Under the pieces are notes generated by a model that was not told the origin of the DNA, did no database searches, and saw nothing but the letters and a program-made list of their open reading frames with translations. Shown here piece after piece: positions 17,050 through 26,800 of a stretch of DNA of 64,000 nt (position 1 is the stretch's first letter; every line of letters starts with the position of its first letter). The translations under genes and the position numbers were made by a program. Origin of the DNA: Opitutaceae bacterium (GTDB lineage Bacteria; Verrucomicrobiota; Verrucomicrobiia; Opitutales; Coraliomargaritaceae); the NCBI GenBank assembly GCA_051252175.1, contig JBPOFZ010000027.1, forward strand, positions 1,238 to 65,237, written 5' to 3'.

Positions 17050-17221
17050 ATCATTCATTCTTAAAAGAGCAGTTAGAAGTCAGGAGGAAGGAGTTAGAAG
17101 CTGAGCATCCGTGTTTTATGGCGTCTTAGACGCTCGCCAAATTGGCGGCTGTAGGAGAATCTACAAAGGCTTCATGATCAAAGACTGACTTCTAACTCCT
17201 GAATCTAGGATCATTCATTCT
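17050..17221. repeat. MITE-like element: 148-bp insert with internal inverted repeats, bounded by a 12-bp direct repeat
   Basis: ATCATTCATTCT occurs at 17050-17061 and 17210-17221. AGTTAGAAGTCAG (17071-17083) is the perfect reverse complement of CTGACTTCTAACT (17185-17197). Two small central hairpins are present (GCGTCTTAGACGC and CGCCAAATTGGCG). Confidence 0.45.
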
Positions 17222-17269
17222 GTTTTCACAAATCATGATGTAGGGCAGTATACCTCTCCGCCAAAAAAT

Positions 17270-17638
17270 TCAGCTATCACCCGCTAGAGAATTATAGTCG
17301 GGATGAACGGCTACGCCTTCGATCGTTTCTAAGCCCCAGGCTGCAATCGAAAGAATGAGCGGTCTTAGGGTTTCTCCCCGTTTGGTTAATTTGTAGATGA
17401 CTTTACGTCCGTCGTCGGGATCGGGCTTTCGGACAGCTAGTTCGTTTTCGACGAGCCAGCGTAGGCGTTGAGAAAGGATGTTTGTGGCGATTCCCTCTGG
17501 AGATTTGAGGAAATCGTCAAACCGTCGCTTTCCTGCGAGCAAGTCGCGGATGATGAGTAGCGTCCAGCGATCACCGACGATGTCGAGTGCGCCCGCGACT
17601 GGACAAGGAGAACGTAGGTCTTTGCACATCTTTTCCAT
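17270..17638 (-). CDS. HxlR family transcriptional regulator
   Basis: CPVAGALDIVGDRWTLLIIRDLLAGKRRFDDF...GIATNILSQRLRWLVENEL is a canonical HxlR winged helix. Confidence 0.85.
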   Translation of the reverse strand: MEKMCKDLRSPCPVAGALDIVGDRWTLLIIRDLLAGKRRFDDFLKSPEGIATNILSQRLRWLVENELAVRKPDPDDGRKVIYKLTKRGETLRPLILSIAAWGLETIEGVAVHPDYNSLAGDS

Positions 17639-17729
17639 ATTTCCTCAACAATCACTTGCGTTTTAAAAGTAATCAATCTTCTTTGCGCATAATATCACTT
17701 GCATAATGCAATTAAAATAACCACATCGA

Positions 17730-19130
17730 ATGAAATCATGTCATCCAACTAACACCAACTCAGAGCTATCATGGAGATCCACTACGGTTCGCCTGCTTAG
17801 TTTTGCTTTGCCTACGTTTCTCCTGATGGCTCTTGGAACCTTCGTGCTCCTTTTTGAGGTATGGTTGGTTTCACGTTTAGGTGTGGAGCCGCTTGCTGGT
17901 TTTACACTGTGTCTGCCGCTGGCATTTTTAATGACGACGATGTCGGCTGGAGGATTTGGTGGCGGGGTCACCTCTGCGGTGGCGCGAGCACAGTCCTCCA
18001 CTGTGCACTATCAGGCGCTCATTAGAGTTTCGATTTCGTTGTCTTTGATGATTGGGGTGGGATGTGCGCTCCTGCTAGCCGTGAAGCCTGGTTGGCTACT
18101 GGAGCGGATGACTGAGTCGGAAAGTGCGTTGTTCTATGGAAAACAATTTGCGGCGATCTTCTTTGCCGGTGCACCGCTCTTGTGGCTGTCCAATACGCTT
18201 GCAAGTATACACCGAGGCTTGGGGCGCCCTGGGACTCCGGCAAAGATTGGTGCGCTCACTGCCCTACTACAGGTCTCGGTTAGCTATCCGATCATTTTGG
18301 GATTTGGCTCATTCGAGGGTCTTGGTATCCGAGGCGCAGCGATGGTTCCGATCGCGGGCTACGCGCTACAAGTGATTTTGCAGTTGGGCGTTTTGTATCG
18401 CGAGCTCGGCAGTCTGTCAGCGGTGTTGCCAACGCTTCGATTGGGATGGAAGTATACCGCCGATATCCTTGCGGTCGGTTTACCGAGCTCAATCAATACA
18501 TTAACCGTAGCACTCGTATCCCTGCAACTAACAGGATTGGCAGCAGGACTCGGAACGACTGAGCTCGCGGGCTTTGGAGTGAGTGCGCGAATCGAATCGA
18601 TAGTGTTGCCGTTGATCTTTGCAATCGGGACTTCGTTGGTGGCATTGATCGGGATCGAGTGGGGTCGGAGCAACTACCTGCAGGCTCGCCGCTATCTGAC
18701 GGTTGGCGCGGTGTTATCGTTTATACTGACGACGAGTGTCGGACTCATCATGGCGCTCATGCCCTTGAGTATTTTGGAGCATCTATCGGATAGCTCTGAA
18801 GTCGCAGTTGCTGCTAAAGCGTATCTACAAATTGCGGGGCCTTTTCTTGGGCTACTCGGCTTAGGACTGTCATTTTCGTTTGCAGGGCAAGGCATCAAGC
18901 GTCCGCTAACATCACTGTTCGCATCGTTGTCACGCCTGGGGATGACGACATTCGGCGCCTATTATTTAGCGATCCACAGCCTTGCTGGGCTGGGATGGCT
19001 CACCGTAGCGAGTCTCGCGCTCTACGCAGTGGTGCTGATCGGCGGGATCGCACCCCTATTTCGACTGAAGCATCCTTTTAAGCCGACCTCGGGCAATTCC
19101 GAAACGGCACAACTAAAACCAAGTAACTAA
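17730..19130 (+). CDS. MATE family efflux transporter
   Basis: 466 aa with about 12 predicted TM helices and a MATE-like organisation. Divergent from the HxlR regulator gene. Confidence 0.75.
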   Translation: MKSCHPTNTNSELSWRSTTVRLLSFALPTFLLMALGTFVLLFEVWLVSRLGVEPLAGFTLCLPLAFLMTTMSAGGFGGGVTSAVARAQSSTVHYQALIRVSISLSLMIGVGCALLLAVKPGWLLERMTESESALFYGKQFAAIFFAGAPLLWLSNTLASIHRGLGRPGTPAKIGALTALLQVSVSYPIILGFGSFEGLGIRGAAMVPIAGYALQVILQLGVLYRELGSLSAVLPTLRLGWKYTADILAVGLPSSINTLTVALVSLQLTGLAAGLGTTELAGFGVSARIESIVLPLIFAIGTSLVALIGIEWGRSNYLQARRYLTVGAVLSFILTTSVGLIMALMPLSILEHLSDSSEVAVAAKAYLQIAGPFLGLLGLGLSFSFAGQGIKRPLTSLFASLSRLGMTTFGAYYLAIHSLAGLGWLTVASLALYAVVLIGGIAPLFRLKHPFKPTSGNSETAQLKPSN

Positions 19131-19138
19131 AGAAAGAT

Positions 19139-19603
19139 ATGACCACGACAACTGAACAACCGACTGCACAGAATTTTGAAAATGCCAGCATTGCCCATTT
19201 TGGGCCGCTTCAGAATTGGAAAGAAATCAACGGAGTGCTTTCGCAAACCGGCAACGAGTATAAGGGTAAGGTCTGGCTCAAGGATCTGCTCAACCTCACA
19301 GGCTCCGAGCTTTCACTCAGTTCGATTCCGGCGGGTGGCTCTGTGCCTTTTGAGCATACGCATGATCAAAACGAAGAGCTGTACATGTTCCTATCCGGTG
19401 AAGGGCAGATGAAGATCGACAGTGACATCATTGACGTGAAAGCGGGCTCCGTGGTGCGAGTGGATCCAGCGGGGGTGCGCTGCTGGCGAAATACAGGCAA
19501 CACGGACCTCGTGCATATTGTGATCCAATCCAAAGTCGGATCGCTAGAACAATGGACAGCTGTGGATGGCACGATAACGAGCATGGAGCCGAACTGGGAC
19601 TAG
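19139..19603 (+). CDS. cupin domain protein
   Basis: 154 aa with the cupin metal motif region (VPFEHTHDQNEELYMFLSGEGQM...AGSVVRV). Confidence 0.7.
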   Translation: MTTTTEQPTAQNFENASIAHFGPLQNWKEINGVLSQTGNEYKGKVWLKDLLNLTGSELSLSSIPAGGSVPFEHTHDQNEELYMFLSGEGQMKIDSDIIDVKAGSVVRVDPAGVRCWRNTGNTDLVHIVIQSKVGSLEQWTAVDGTITSMEPNWD

Positions 19604-19633
19604 CCTATTGCCATTCGGTAGACTGTCGATCGC

Positions 19634-19670
19634 AACAGCTCACCTCTTCTCGTGAACGAGGTGAGCTGTT
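19634..19670. terminator. strong hairpin between the convergent cupin and NmrA genes (possible bidirectional terminator)
   Basis: AACAGCTCACCT (19634-19645) pairs perfectly with AGGTGAGCTGTT (19659-19670), and the loop has extra CTCG/CGAG pairing. There is no clear U-tract on either strand. Confidence 0.4.
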
Positions 19671-19811
19671 CTATCGTATCGACCAGCAATCAAACGAAAG
19701 CCGACATTGAGCCATTCGTAGTGAAAAACCTCATTACGAAAGACGAACTTCTGACTCCTAAATATAGGTTGGATCATGGGATTGCCTTTCGGTTTTATTA
19801 TATGCCAAAGC

Positions 19812-20672
19812 CTAAGCACTCCAGCTATCGCTCGCATGGGCAGCCGCAACGAATTCGCCGAAGTCGCGTGGTTCACGACCAAGTGCTTTTTGAACACCGT
19901 CGCCCAGGCGCTCGTTGCGCCCATCGAGGACTTGCCTGAAAAGGTATTGAATTAGTTGAACCATTTCTTCGGGCAACTCCGCTGCATTTAGGCCTTCAAC
20001 AAAGTCCTCCATTGGAATCTCCACAAAGTTTACGGATCGCCCAGTGTGCGCGGCGATCTCTTGGGCAGTTTCGGCAAAAGTCATCAGTCGCGGTCCAGTG
20101 AGCTCGTAAATCTGTCCAACATGTCCACCTTCGGTCAAAGCTGCGACCGCGACATCGGCAATATCCTCCGCATCGATAAAGGGTTCACGCACGGTGCTAA
20201 CCGGCAAGGCAATCGTGCCACCCACGACCATATCACGAAGGAAGGACTCCGTAAAATTCTGGTTGAACCAGCTGCAGCGGACTACGACTGCAGGGACTCC
20301 CGAGTTCATAACAATGCGTTCGCACAGCTGTGCCTCTTCCTCGCCGCGACCGGAGAGGAGAACGATTCTACGCAGACCTTTTTCTTTAGCGACCGCTACC
20401 AGTTCGCGGATATGCTCCGTCGCGCCGGGCACAGCGAGATCGGGATGATAGGCGACATACATCTCCCGAATGCCTTCGAGCACATCGCCCCAGTTACTCG
20501 AATCGTGCCAGTCGAAGCTCGGAGATCCCGAGCGCGAACCGATCCGAACGGAGCGGCCTTGAGCGATCAGACGCTCGACAATGCGCCGTCCAGTTTTGCC
20601 GTTTCCACCAATGACAAGTGTCTCAGCGGTCGGCGTGAATATTTCTGTTTGATTATGTGTTTTTGTATTCAT
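19812..20672 (-). CDS. NmrA/NAD(P)H-binding family oxidoreductase
   Basis: Start trimmed to ATG 20672 (MNTKTHNQ...). Rossmann motif LVIGGNGKTGRRIVERL. NmrA-like body. Confidence 0.8.
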   Translation of the reverse strand: MNTKTHNQTEIFTPTAETLVIGGNGKTGRRIVERLIAQGRSVRIGSRSGSPSFDWHDSSNWGDVLEGIREMYVAYHPDLAVPGATEHIRELVAVAKEKGLRRIVLLSGRGEEEAQLCERIVMNSGVPAVVVRCSWFNQNFTESFLRDMVVGGTIALPVSTVREPFIDAEDIADVAVAALTEGGHVGQIYELTGPRLMTFAETAQEIAAHTGRSVNFVEIPMEDFVEGLNAAELPEEMVQLIQYLFRQVLDGRNERLGDGVQKALGREPRDFGEFVAAAHASDSWSA

Positions 20673-20765
20673 CGACACCATAATAACCGATCCTACCAGG
20701 ACTTCATATAGCACTTAGTCTACATAAATTGACATTTCGTCCAAAACTGCGAATTTTTAGGTCTC

Positions 20766-21722
20766 ATGAGCATCGAGACACTGGAAACCGCCTTTCGCTC
20801 CGTCGACCCCCTAGGTGAGGCGCTTCACTCCCTTCACATGAGTGGCACCTTTTACAGCCGAGCGGAGTTAACGACTCCTTGGGGAATTGAATTACCGCCA
20901 ATGCCCAATTGCTTGATGTTTCATGTAGTCACTAAAGGGAATTGCTGGGTCGTATTCCCAAATGGCGACTCAAAGAAACTGGAGAGCGGCGACTTTGCGT
21001 TGATCCCACACGGGCAAGGGCATTCCATTAGCGACAGACCGGACACAGCTGCGGTCAATATATTCGACTTAGAACGCGAGTTGATAAGCCCCCGCTACGA
21101 ACTGTTAAAATACGGCGGTGGCGGCGAAGCTGCACATCTCATTTGCGGTGCCGTTTCGGTAGAAGATCCAGCGGCACAACGTGTCGTCAGTTTACTTCCG
21201 AAGGTTATTGTGATGCGTAGCCACGATGCGGGAAATGACTGGCTTCTCAGTATGATTCACATGATGGCTTGCGAAGCCGAATGCCTAAAGCCCGGGGGTG
21301 ACACCATCATCACCCGCGTCTCGGATATCTTAGTCGTGCAAGCGATACGCCACTGGCTAGAGAACGACCCGCTGGCCAAAACCGGTTGGTTAGGGGCGCT
21401 CCATGACGAACACATCGGCAAGGCAATTGCGCTGATCCATAGACACCCAACTAAGCCCTGGTCAGTCCATACGCTAGCAGAGGCAATTGGCATGTCTCGC
21501 TCTGGCTTTGCAAAGCGGTTTATGGATCTAGTCGGGGAAGCTCCGATGCACTATTTGCGCAAGTGGCGCTTTCAGATAGCCGAAGGATGGCTGCGGGATA
21601 CCGACCTGCGTCTAGCCGAAATCGCAGAAAAACTCGGCTATGAGTCCGAAGCTTCCTTCAATAGAGCCTTCAAAAAATTTAGAGGATGCACACCGGGAGC
21701 TATGCGTAGAACTTCATACTAA
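20766..21722 (+). CDS. AraC family transcriptional regulator (cupin-type N-terminal domain)
   Basis: C-terminal double HTH (WSVHTLAEAIGMSRSGFAKRF...IAEKLGYESEASFNRAFKKF). Divergent from the NmrA gene. Confidence 0.85.
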   Translation: MSIETLETAFRSVDPLGEALHSLHMSGTFYSRAELTTPWGIELPPMPNCLMFHVVTKGNCWVVFPNGDSKKLESGDFALIPHGQGHSISDRPDTAAVNIFDLERELISPRYELLKYGGGGEAAHLICGAVSVEDPAAQRVVSLLPKVIVMRSHDAGNDWLLSMIHMMACEAECLKPGGDTIITRVSDILVVQAIRHWLENDPLAKTGWLGALHDEHIGKAIALIHRHPTKPWSVHTLAEAIGMSRSGFAKRFMDLVGEAPMHYLRKWRFQIAEGWLRDTDLRLAEIAEKLGYESEASFNRAFKKFRGCTPGAMRRTSY

Positions 21723-21920
21723 AGCGAGCGGTTGGTCTTTGCCCCGCTGATGGGAATCAGGATGCTGTAAAGGAATCGTATATTTCACGATACCGTTTCC
21801 TCAGAACTGGCTGAAGTACCAGCCAGTTGCCTAGGATTCGTTAAAAGCTCTAAGATTCATGTTTCCTTTGTTTTGACTCTGAGGAAAGAACCCATAATAT
21901 AGAGCTTTCCCTTCATATTT

Positions 21921-22877
21921 ATGAAAGCTATCATCTGGGGCTCTTGTGGCTCGCTACCCTCTCCGGCTTCCTCTTCCAACATCAGGCAGAAAGTAAAAGA
22001 TGCCCTTTGGGCGGCTCGTGGCAAAGCCTTCGATTCGGAGCGAGCGGTGGACGATTACTTAGACAGTTTACCGCACTATATGCATGGAACCTACAAGGCG
22101 AATACCTCATGCGTCCAGATCGATGCAGGTCTCGATGAAGTCATCATTTGTGACGCTGGAACTGGCTTACGCGATTATTCGCTAACAATTCCCGCCGATG
22201 CGCCCCCACGGACTTACCATATATTCGTATCGCATCTACATTGGGATCACATTCAAGGGTTCCCATTTTTTGCGCCGGCATATGCCGCGGGGAACCGAAT
22301 CATTTTCCATGGTTTTCATGAAACCATTGAGGACACGATCCGAGACCAGATGAGAGCACCCTGGTTTCCAGTTCAGTTTGAGGCAATGAAGGCAGATATC
22401 GAATTCGACATTCGCAAGGACGGTGCATCCTTCTCTGTCGGCACTGTTGATGTAAAGACGATCAAACAGCAACATCCAGGAGATTCTTGGGGCTATCGCT
22501 TCGAGCAAGGGGACCAATCGATCATCTACTCGAGCGATTCTGAACACGGACCTGAGGCGCAAGAACTGGATTACCCGTTTGTCGATTTTTTCCGTGATGC
22601 AAGCATCCTGATTTTCGACGGGCAATACACGTTCGAGGATGCGACCAATGCAAAGCGCCATTGGGGGCATTCGGATCACATCACAGCAGTTGAGCTCGCT
22701 TCACGCGCAGGGGTAAAAAAACTCGCGATCTCTCACCACGAACCTTCCTACAGCGATCGATCGATCGAAGCCTTGGGCGAAGAAGCTTTACGCTATCGAG
22801 ACATCTATAATAAAAATGATCTGGGCTGTCCAAAATCGATCATAATCGCCTACGACGGCCTAGTTATCGAAGCCTAA
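21921..22877 (+). CDS. MBL-fold metallo-hydrolase
   Basis: HxHxDH motif (VSHLHWDHIQGFPFF) plus a downstream His/Asp ligand pattern. Confidence 0.75.
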   Translation: MKAIIWGSCGSLPSPASSSNIRQKVKDALWAARGKAFDSERAVDDYLDSLPHYMHGTYKANTSCVQIDAGLDEVIICDAGTGLRDYSLTIPADAPPRTYHIFVSHLHWDHIQGFPFFAPAYAAGNRIIFHGFHETIEDTIRDQMRAPWFPVQFEAMKADIEFDIRKDGASFSVGTVDVKTIKQQHPGDSWGYRFEQGDQSIIYSSDSEHGPEAQELDYPFVDFFRDASILIFDGQYTFEDATNAKRHWGHSDHITAVELASRAGVKKLAISHHEPSYSDRSIEALGEEALRYRDIYNKNDLGCPKSIIIAYDGLVIEA

Positions 22878-22907
22878 GCAAATCCCCCTTCTCTCTGTAA
22901 TCTGCAA

Positions 22908-23522
22908 ATGTCTGAATCAAATAGCGACGAAGCTAAAAGTATCTCTAAAGCCGAAATCAACGAATTGCCACTCATCTTCTGGGATGGCAAAATCGAAATC
23001 CTCAGTACTGTAGAGGAGATGGAGCACGCGGTTTCTCTTTTAAAAAGAGAAACTCACTTGGGTTTCGACACCGAGACACGCCCCACTTTTAAGAAAGGCG
23101 ATTATTATCCGCCCGCGCTAATACAGCTCGGCACAGCTGACTGCGTCTATCTGTTTCGGATCTCACAATCCAAGACGCTCACCCCATTGCTCCCGATTCT
23201 AGAGTCACCCGACATCCTCAAAACTGGTGTTGCGATTAAGGACGATGTAAAAGAACTGCGCGCAATGGAGGAATTTGAGCCGCAAGGATTTTTAGAAATC
23301 ACGGAGCTCACTAGCCGCTTGGGCTACAAAAATAAAGGCCTGCGCGCGCTTGCGGGACTTCTGCTAAAGGGGCGGATCAGTAAGGCTGCACAAGTTTCCA
23401 ATTGGGCTCGCCAAAACCTAGACCAGAAGCAAGTCCGCTACGCAGCGACCGATGCGTGGATCAGCCGCGAGCTCCATCGCGTAGCTACCGAAGAAGCGGC
23501 GAAAGTGGAAATTACGCTTTGA
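22908..23522 (+). CDS. 3'-5' exonuclease (DEDD, RNase D-like domain)
   Basis: Exo motifs LGFDTETRP, ...KTGVAIKDD..., ...YAATDAW. Confidence 0.75.
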   Translation: MSESNSDEAKSISKAEINELPLIFWDGKIEILSTVEEMEHAVSLLKRETHLGFDTETRPTFKKGDYYPPALIQLGTADCVYLFRISQSKTLTPLLPILESPDILKTGVAIKDDVKELRAMEEFEPQGFLEITELTSRLGYKNKGLRALAGLLLKGRISKAAQVSNWARQNLDQKQVRYAATDAWISRELHRVATEEAAKVEITL

Positions 23523-23618
23523 CCCGCGAAGGGTGTGGGTTTCTAACTATAGGCTTACTCGAGTAAACCAGCAGGATATTCCCTAAATAACCTGCCCCTC
23601 CCGAATTCTTCCAATATC

Positions 23619-25004
23619 ATGATCGTAAAGCCCAAAAAGCGAAAAATGAACCCCATGCTGCTGAATGTATTGCTCATTAGCGGTTTAGTTCATGTAGCAG
23701 CCATCGTTATCCTCGGTGGTATCACCGTTGTAAAATACATCATTCCAGATGATGCAGAATTTGAGGAGCCGCCTGTAATCGAAGAGGTCGAGCCACCGAA
23801 AGAGGTTAAAATTGAGATCAAGCAGCAACCGAAGCCCGATAATCAGCCTCGGAACAATCTAAAGATGAAGCAAGTTGGCAACATAGCGATTGCCGACATC
23901 GACATCGACCTTCCAAGCATGGATGATTCCTTCACAGTCAGCGCAGGCATTGGATCTGGCGGCGGCGGTAGCGGTCTACTCGGCGGGACCCGCGGCTCTC
24001 TCGGTATTGGGATGTCTGACGTGAGTGTTTTTGGACTCAAAACACGTGCAGAACGCATCCTTTTTGTAATTGATGTAAATCGCCATATGGTGACCGACGC
24101 AAAGGGTGGTCTAAACAGCTTCAAAGTAATTAAGGACGAAATCACGGACATGGTCGGTAATCTCTCCGCAGGCACACTTTTCAACGTGATGCTCATGGAC
24201 CGCAGAAAAGGCATGCTCTTCAAGCCCCAACTAGTCCCAGCGGGTGCTCAAATCCACGAAGACCTAATCAAGTGGATTGATCCAGTGAATAGCAACGACA
24301 ACCAAATCGGACTGGAGCGGCTCCAAAACGCTACTCAAGTAGAGATCAATGTTTTTCCCGAACACCCATTCCACGAACACCTTCGTAGTTTTGGCTATGC
24401 TGGCAATGAAACTGGCTATCAAACACAACTAGCGCTCGAACAAAAAATCGACGCAATATTTGTCATTACCGGTTACCACAAAGGCTTTGAGCGGATCCGC
24501 CGTAAACTCACGGAGCGCGAAGAAGCCGACTGGCAGCGTAAAATTTCAGAGCGCAAATACATCCAGCAAATGGAAGCGCACCAAATTGAGAAGCCACAAA
24601 TGGCAGAGCGCATCAAACAGGAGATGGCAAAGATCAACAAAGAGCGCACTGCCAAAGGTCAACCCAAGCGAATACTCAATTCGAGACATGGCGTCTATTC
24701 AAATGCTCGTGAGCTCGATCTCGAATGGGAAACTCCTCACCCAGGTTGGCGCCCCAACCCCGATGTTCCGATCGAGGAATTGGAAAAATACTTCAAAAGC
24801 GTTGTGAAGGAGATCTACACAAACAGAGAAGCCCAAGAGCCATCCGTGAATGTCGTTCTATTCTTAGCCGGAGATGAAGAATACAATAAAGCAGCTGAAA
24901 AGAGTCTGCGCGACTTCGTCCGCTTCTTCTCCGGGAAATCTCGCATCATTCGTGGATTGAATGAAATTAAAAGCGCTCGAAGCTCAGGAGATACTAAGAA
25001 TTAA
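23619..25004 (+). CDS. membrane-anchored hypothetical protein with a Pro/Glu/Lys linker, a Gly-rich tract and a vWA-like segment
   Basis: N-terminal TM helix (LLNVLLISGLVHVAAIVILGGI). PPVIEEVEPPKEVK linker, GSGGGGSGLLGG tract, then RILFVIDVNRHM...GTLFNVMLMD resembling a vWA beta-alpha-beta start with a non-canonical MIDAS. Confidence 0.45.
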   Translation: MIVKPKKRKMNPMLLNVLLISGLVHVAAIVILGGITVVKYIIPDDAEFEEPPVIEEVEPPKEVKIEIKQQPKPDNQPRNNLKMKQVGNIAIADIDIDLPSMDDSFTVSAGIGSGGGGSGLLGGTRGSLGIGMSDVSVFGLKTRAERILFVIDVNRHMVTDAKGGLNSFKVIKDEITDMVGNLSAGTLFNVMLMDRRKGMLFKPQLVPAGAQIHEDLIKWIDPVNSNDNQIGLERLQNATQVEINVFPEHPFHEHLRSFGYAGNETGYQTQLALEQKIDAIFVITGYHKGFERIRRKLTEREEADWQRKISERKYIQQMEAHQIEKPQMAERIKQEMAKINKERTAKGQPKRILNSRHGVYSNARELDLEWETPHPGWRPNPDVPIEELEKYFKSVVKEIYTNREAQEPSVNVVLFLAGDEEYNKAAEKSLRDFVRFFSGKSRIIRGLNEIKSARSSGDTKN

Positions 25005-25030
25005 GATTTTGGGTTAATCATACCCCCATC

Positions 25031-25063
25031 AAAAGCCTCTGGAAGCAGCCAGAGGCTTTTTTT
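25031..25063 (+). terminator. rho-independent terminator
   Basis: AAAAGCCTCTGG-aagcag-CCAGAGGCTTTTTTT lies 27 nt after the stop of the 23619-25004 gene. Confidence 0.8.
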
Positions 25064-25087
25064 GTGCTCGCCCGGCGAAGAGCGCAC

Positions 25088-25122
25088 AAAAAAGCCCGCC
25101 GACTCGAAAAGTCTGACGGGCT
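25088..25122 (-). terminator. rho-independent terminator downstream of tRNA-Val
   Basis: On the minus strand: AGCCCGTCAGACT-tttcg-AGTCGGCGGGCT followed by TTTTTTG. Confidence 0.7.
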
Positions 25123-25127
25123 AAAAA

Positions 25128-25204
25128 TGGTGGGAGCTACAGAATTCGAATCTGCGACCTCATCCATGTCAAGGATGCGCTCTAACCAACTGAGCTAAGC
25201 CCCC
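25128..25204 (-). tRNA. tRNA-Val (anticodon GAC)
   Basis: Reverse complement GGGGGCTTAGCTCAGTTGGTTAGAGCGCATCCTTGACATGGATGAGGTCGCAGATTCGAATTCTGTAGCTCCCACCA. Anticodon loop TTGACAT. Full cloverleaf with encoded CCA. Confidence 0.9.
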
Positions 25205-25295
25205 GTTGTTGGGAAGGCAGGAATAAAGGTAGGCACCGAAACAAGTGCAAGAAAAAATTTGAAGATATCCAAAAGCAGGTGACTGTATCAAAGAT

Positions 25296-26096
25296 ATGGA
25301 AATCACACGCATTCAAGAAGCCGACGGGAGCATTCACTATGGTAGCGAGGTCGGCAATCAAGTCTTCCGTGTTGAAGGCGACCTTTACGGTGAATTTCAC
25401 CAAACCAGCGATCTGCTACAGCCAGTCAAGCGGCTAGCGCCGATCCAGCCGACCGTGATCTTTTGTATCGGGCTCAACTACAAAGAACACGCGGAAGAAA
25501 CGGGCAGCGCCCTTCCCGAGTATCCTGTCGTCTTCATGAAGAATCCGGCTTCGGTTTGCCATCCAACCGATCCGATCGTGCTTCCCCGTCACCTCCATAG
25601 CGATCAGGTCGACTACGAGGCAGAGTTAGCAGTCGTGATCGGCAAAACCTGTAAGAACGCCTCCGTAGAGAACGCTTTGGACTACGTGCTGGGATATACC
25701 TGTGGTAACGATGTCAGCGCTCGCGATTGGCAAAAATTTCATGGCGGCGGGCAATGGGTCAAGGGCAAGAGCTTCGACACATTCTGTCCCCTCGGTCCTA
25801 TTCTAGTGACAGCTGATCGTATCCCAAACCCACAGATTCTACCCATTCGCGGCATTCTCAACGGTGATATCCGCCAAGAGTCCTGGACGGGCGACATGAT
25901 TTTCAGTGTCGCCGAGATCATTGCTTTTCTAAGCGGTAGCACGACCCTCCTGCCTGGCACCGTGATTTTGACCGGCACCCCCTCGGGTGTTGGCATGGCA
26001 TCCAAGCCGCAGCGCTTCCTCAAACAAGGTGACGAGTTTACAGTCGAAATCACCGGACTGGGCTCCTTGCGAAATCCTGTTGCGGCAGAATTATAA
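25296..26096 (+). CDS. fumarylacetoacetate hydrolase (FAH) family protein
   Basis: [25 protein letters not shown] and GTPSGVG motifs are typical of the FAH/2-keto-4-pentenoate hydratase family. Confidence 0.85.
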   Translation: MEITRIQEADGSIHYGSEVGNQVFRVEGDLYGEFHQTSDLLQPVKRLAPIQPTVIFCIGLNYKEHAEETGSALPEYPVVFMKNPASVCHPTDPIVLPRHLHSDQVDYEAELAVVIGKTCKNASVENALDYVLGYTCGNDVSARDWQKFHGGGQWVKGKSFDTFCPLGPILVTADRIPNPQILPIRGILNGDIRQESWTGDMIFSVAEIIAFLSGSTTLLPGTVILTGTPSGVGMASKPQRFLKQGDEFTVEITGLGSLRNPVAAEL

Positions 26097-26101
26097 CCAA
26101 A

Positions 26102-26800
26102 ATGCGTGATCTCGATATCAAGCCCTACATTCTTTCCGATGAAAACGAATTGTATGTAATCAACAAGCCGCCTGCTTTGCCAACAACTGGGCGCAGCCTG
26201 GACGACGACGATTGCATGCAGTTTCACCTCATACGTCACCACGGTAGCATGGTTTGGTCGCTCAACCAACTCGACGCTGACACCTCTGGCTTGTGCTTTT
26301 TCACGACTCGAAAAGCGAATGTACAGCTGATCAAGGCACTTTGGAGTACACCGAAAACCATCAAAGAATACATCGCAGTCATACACGGCTGCCCCGAATG
26401 GAACGAATTCGAGGTGGATGCCCCGGTCGGAAAAGACAGCTCAGGAACTCTCGGAGTGCATCCATCCGGCAAACACGCCCGGACGCGGTTCGAAGTGTTG
26501 GATCGCAACGAGCGCTTCAGCCTTTTACGGATACAGCTCTTCACTGGGCGCACTCACCAAATACGAATACATTTACAACACCTCGGCTTCTCGCTAGTGG
26601 GCGAAGAATGGTATCGTGAAACGCCCTGCACACTTCACCCGCGGCAAGCATTGCATGCCCACCGCCTTGAATTTCCAAAAGATTCTCAGCTTCCGACCAA
26701 GTACTTCACTGCTCCAGTCCCAGAAGACCTCCAGCGTCTAATGGATCAATTGTCTTTAGAGAGTAAGCGCATTAACGACAAGAAGTCGTCCTCTCCATAA
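26102..26800 (+). CDS. RluA family pseudouridine synthase
   Basis: Catalytic Asp motif (LNQLDADTSG) and GRTHQIRIHL. The 3' end overlaps the convergent gene by 55 nt. Confidence 0.8.
   Translation: MRDLDIKPYILSDENELYVINKPPALPTTGRSLDDDDCMQFHLIRHHGSMVWSLNQLDADTSGLCFFTTRKANVQLIKALWSTPKTIKEYIAVIHGCPEWNEFEVDAPVGKDSSGTLGVHPSGKHARTRFEVLDRNERFSLLRIQLFTGRTHQIRIHLQHLGFSLVGEEWYRETPCTLHPRQALHAHRLEFPKDSQLPTKYFTAPVPEDLQRLMDQLSLESKRINDKKSSSP

Noticed and set aside
20046-20711. 221-aa plus-strand ORF. The same logic applies to 25739-26386 (minus strand) and 55408-55941 (plus strand).
   Set aside because: These are antisense to the NmrA, FAH/RluA and MscS genes respectively, all of which carry clear family motifs.
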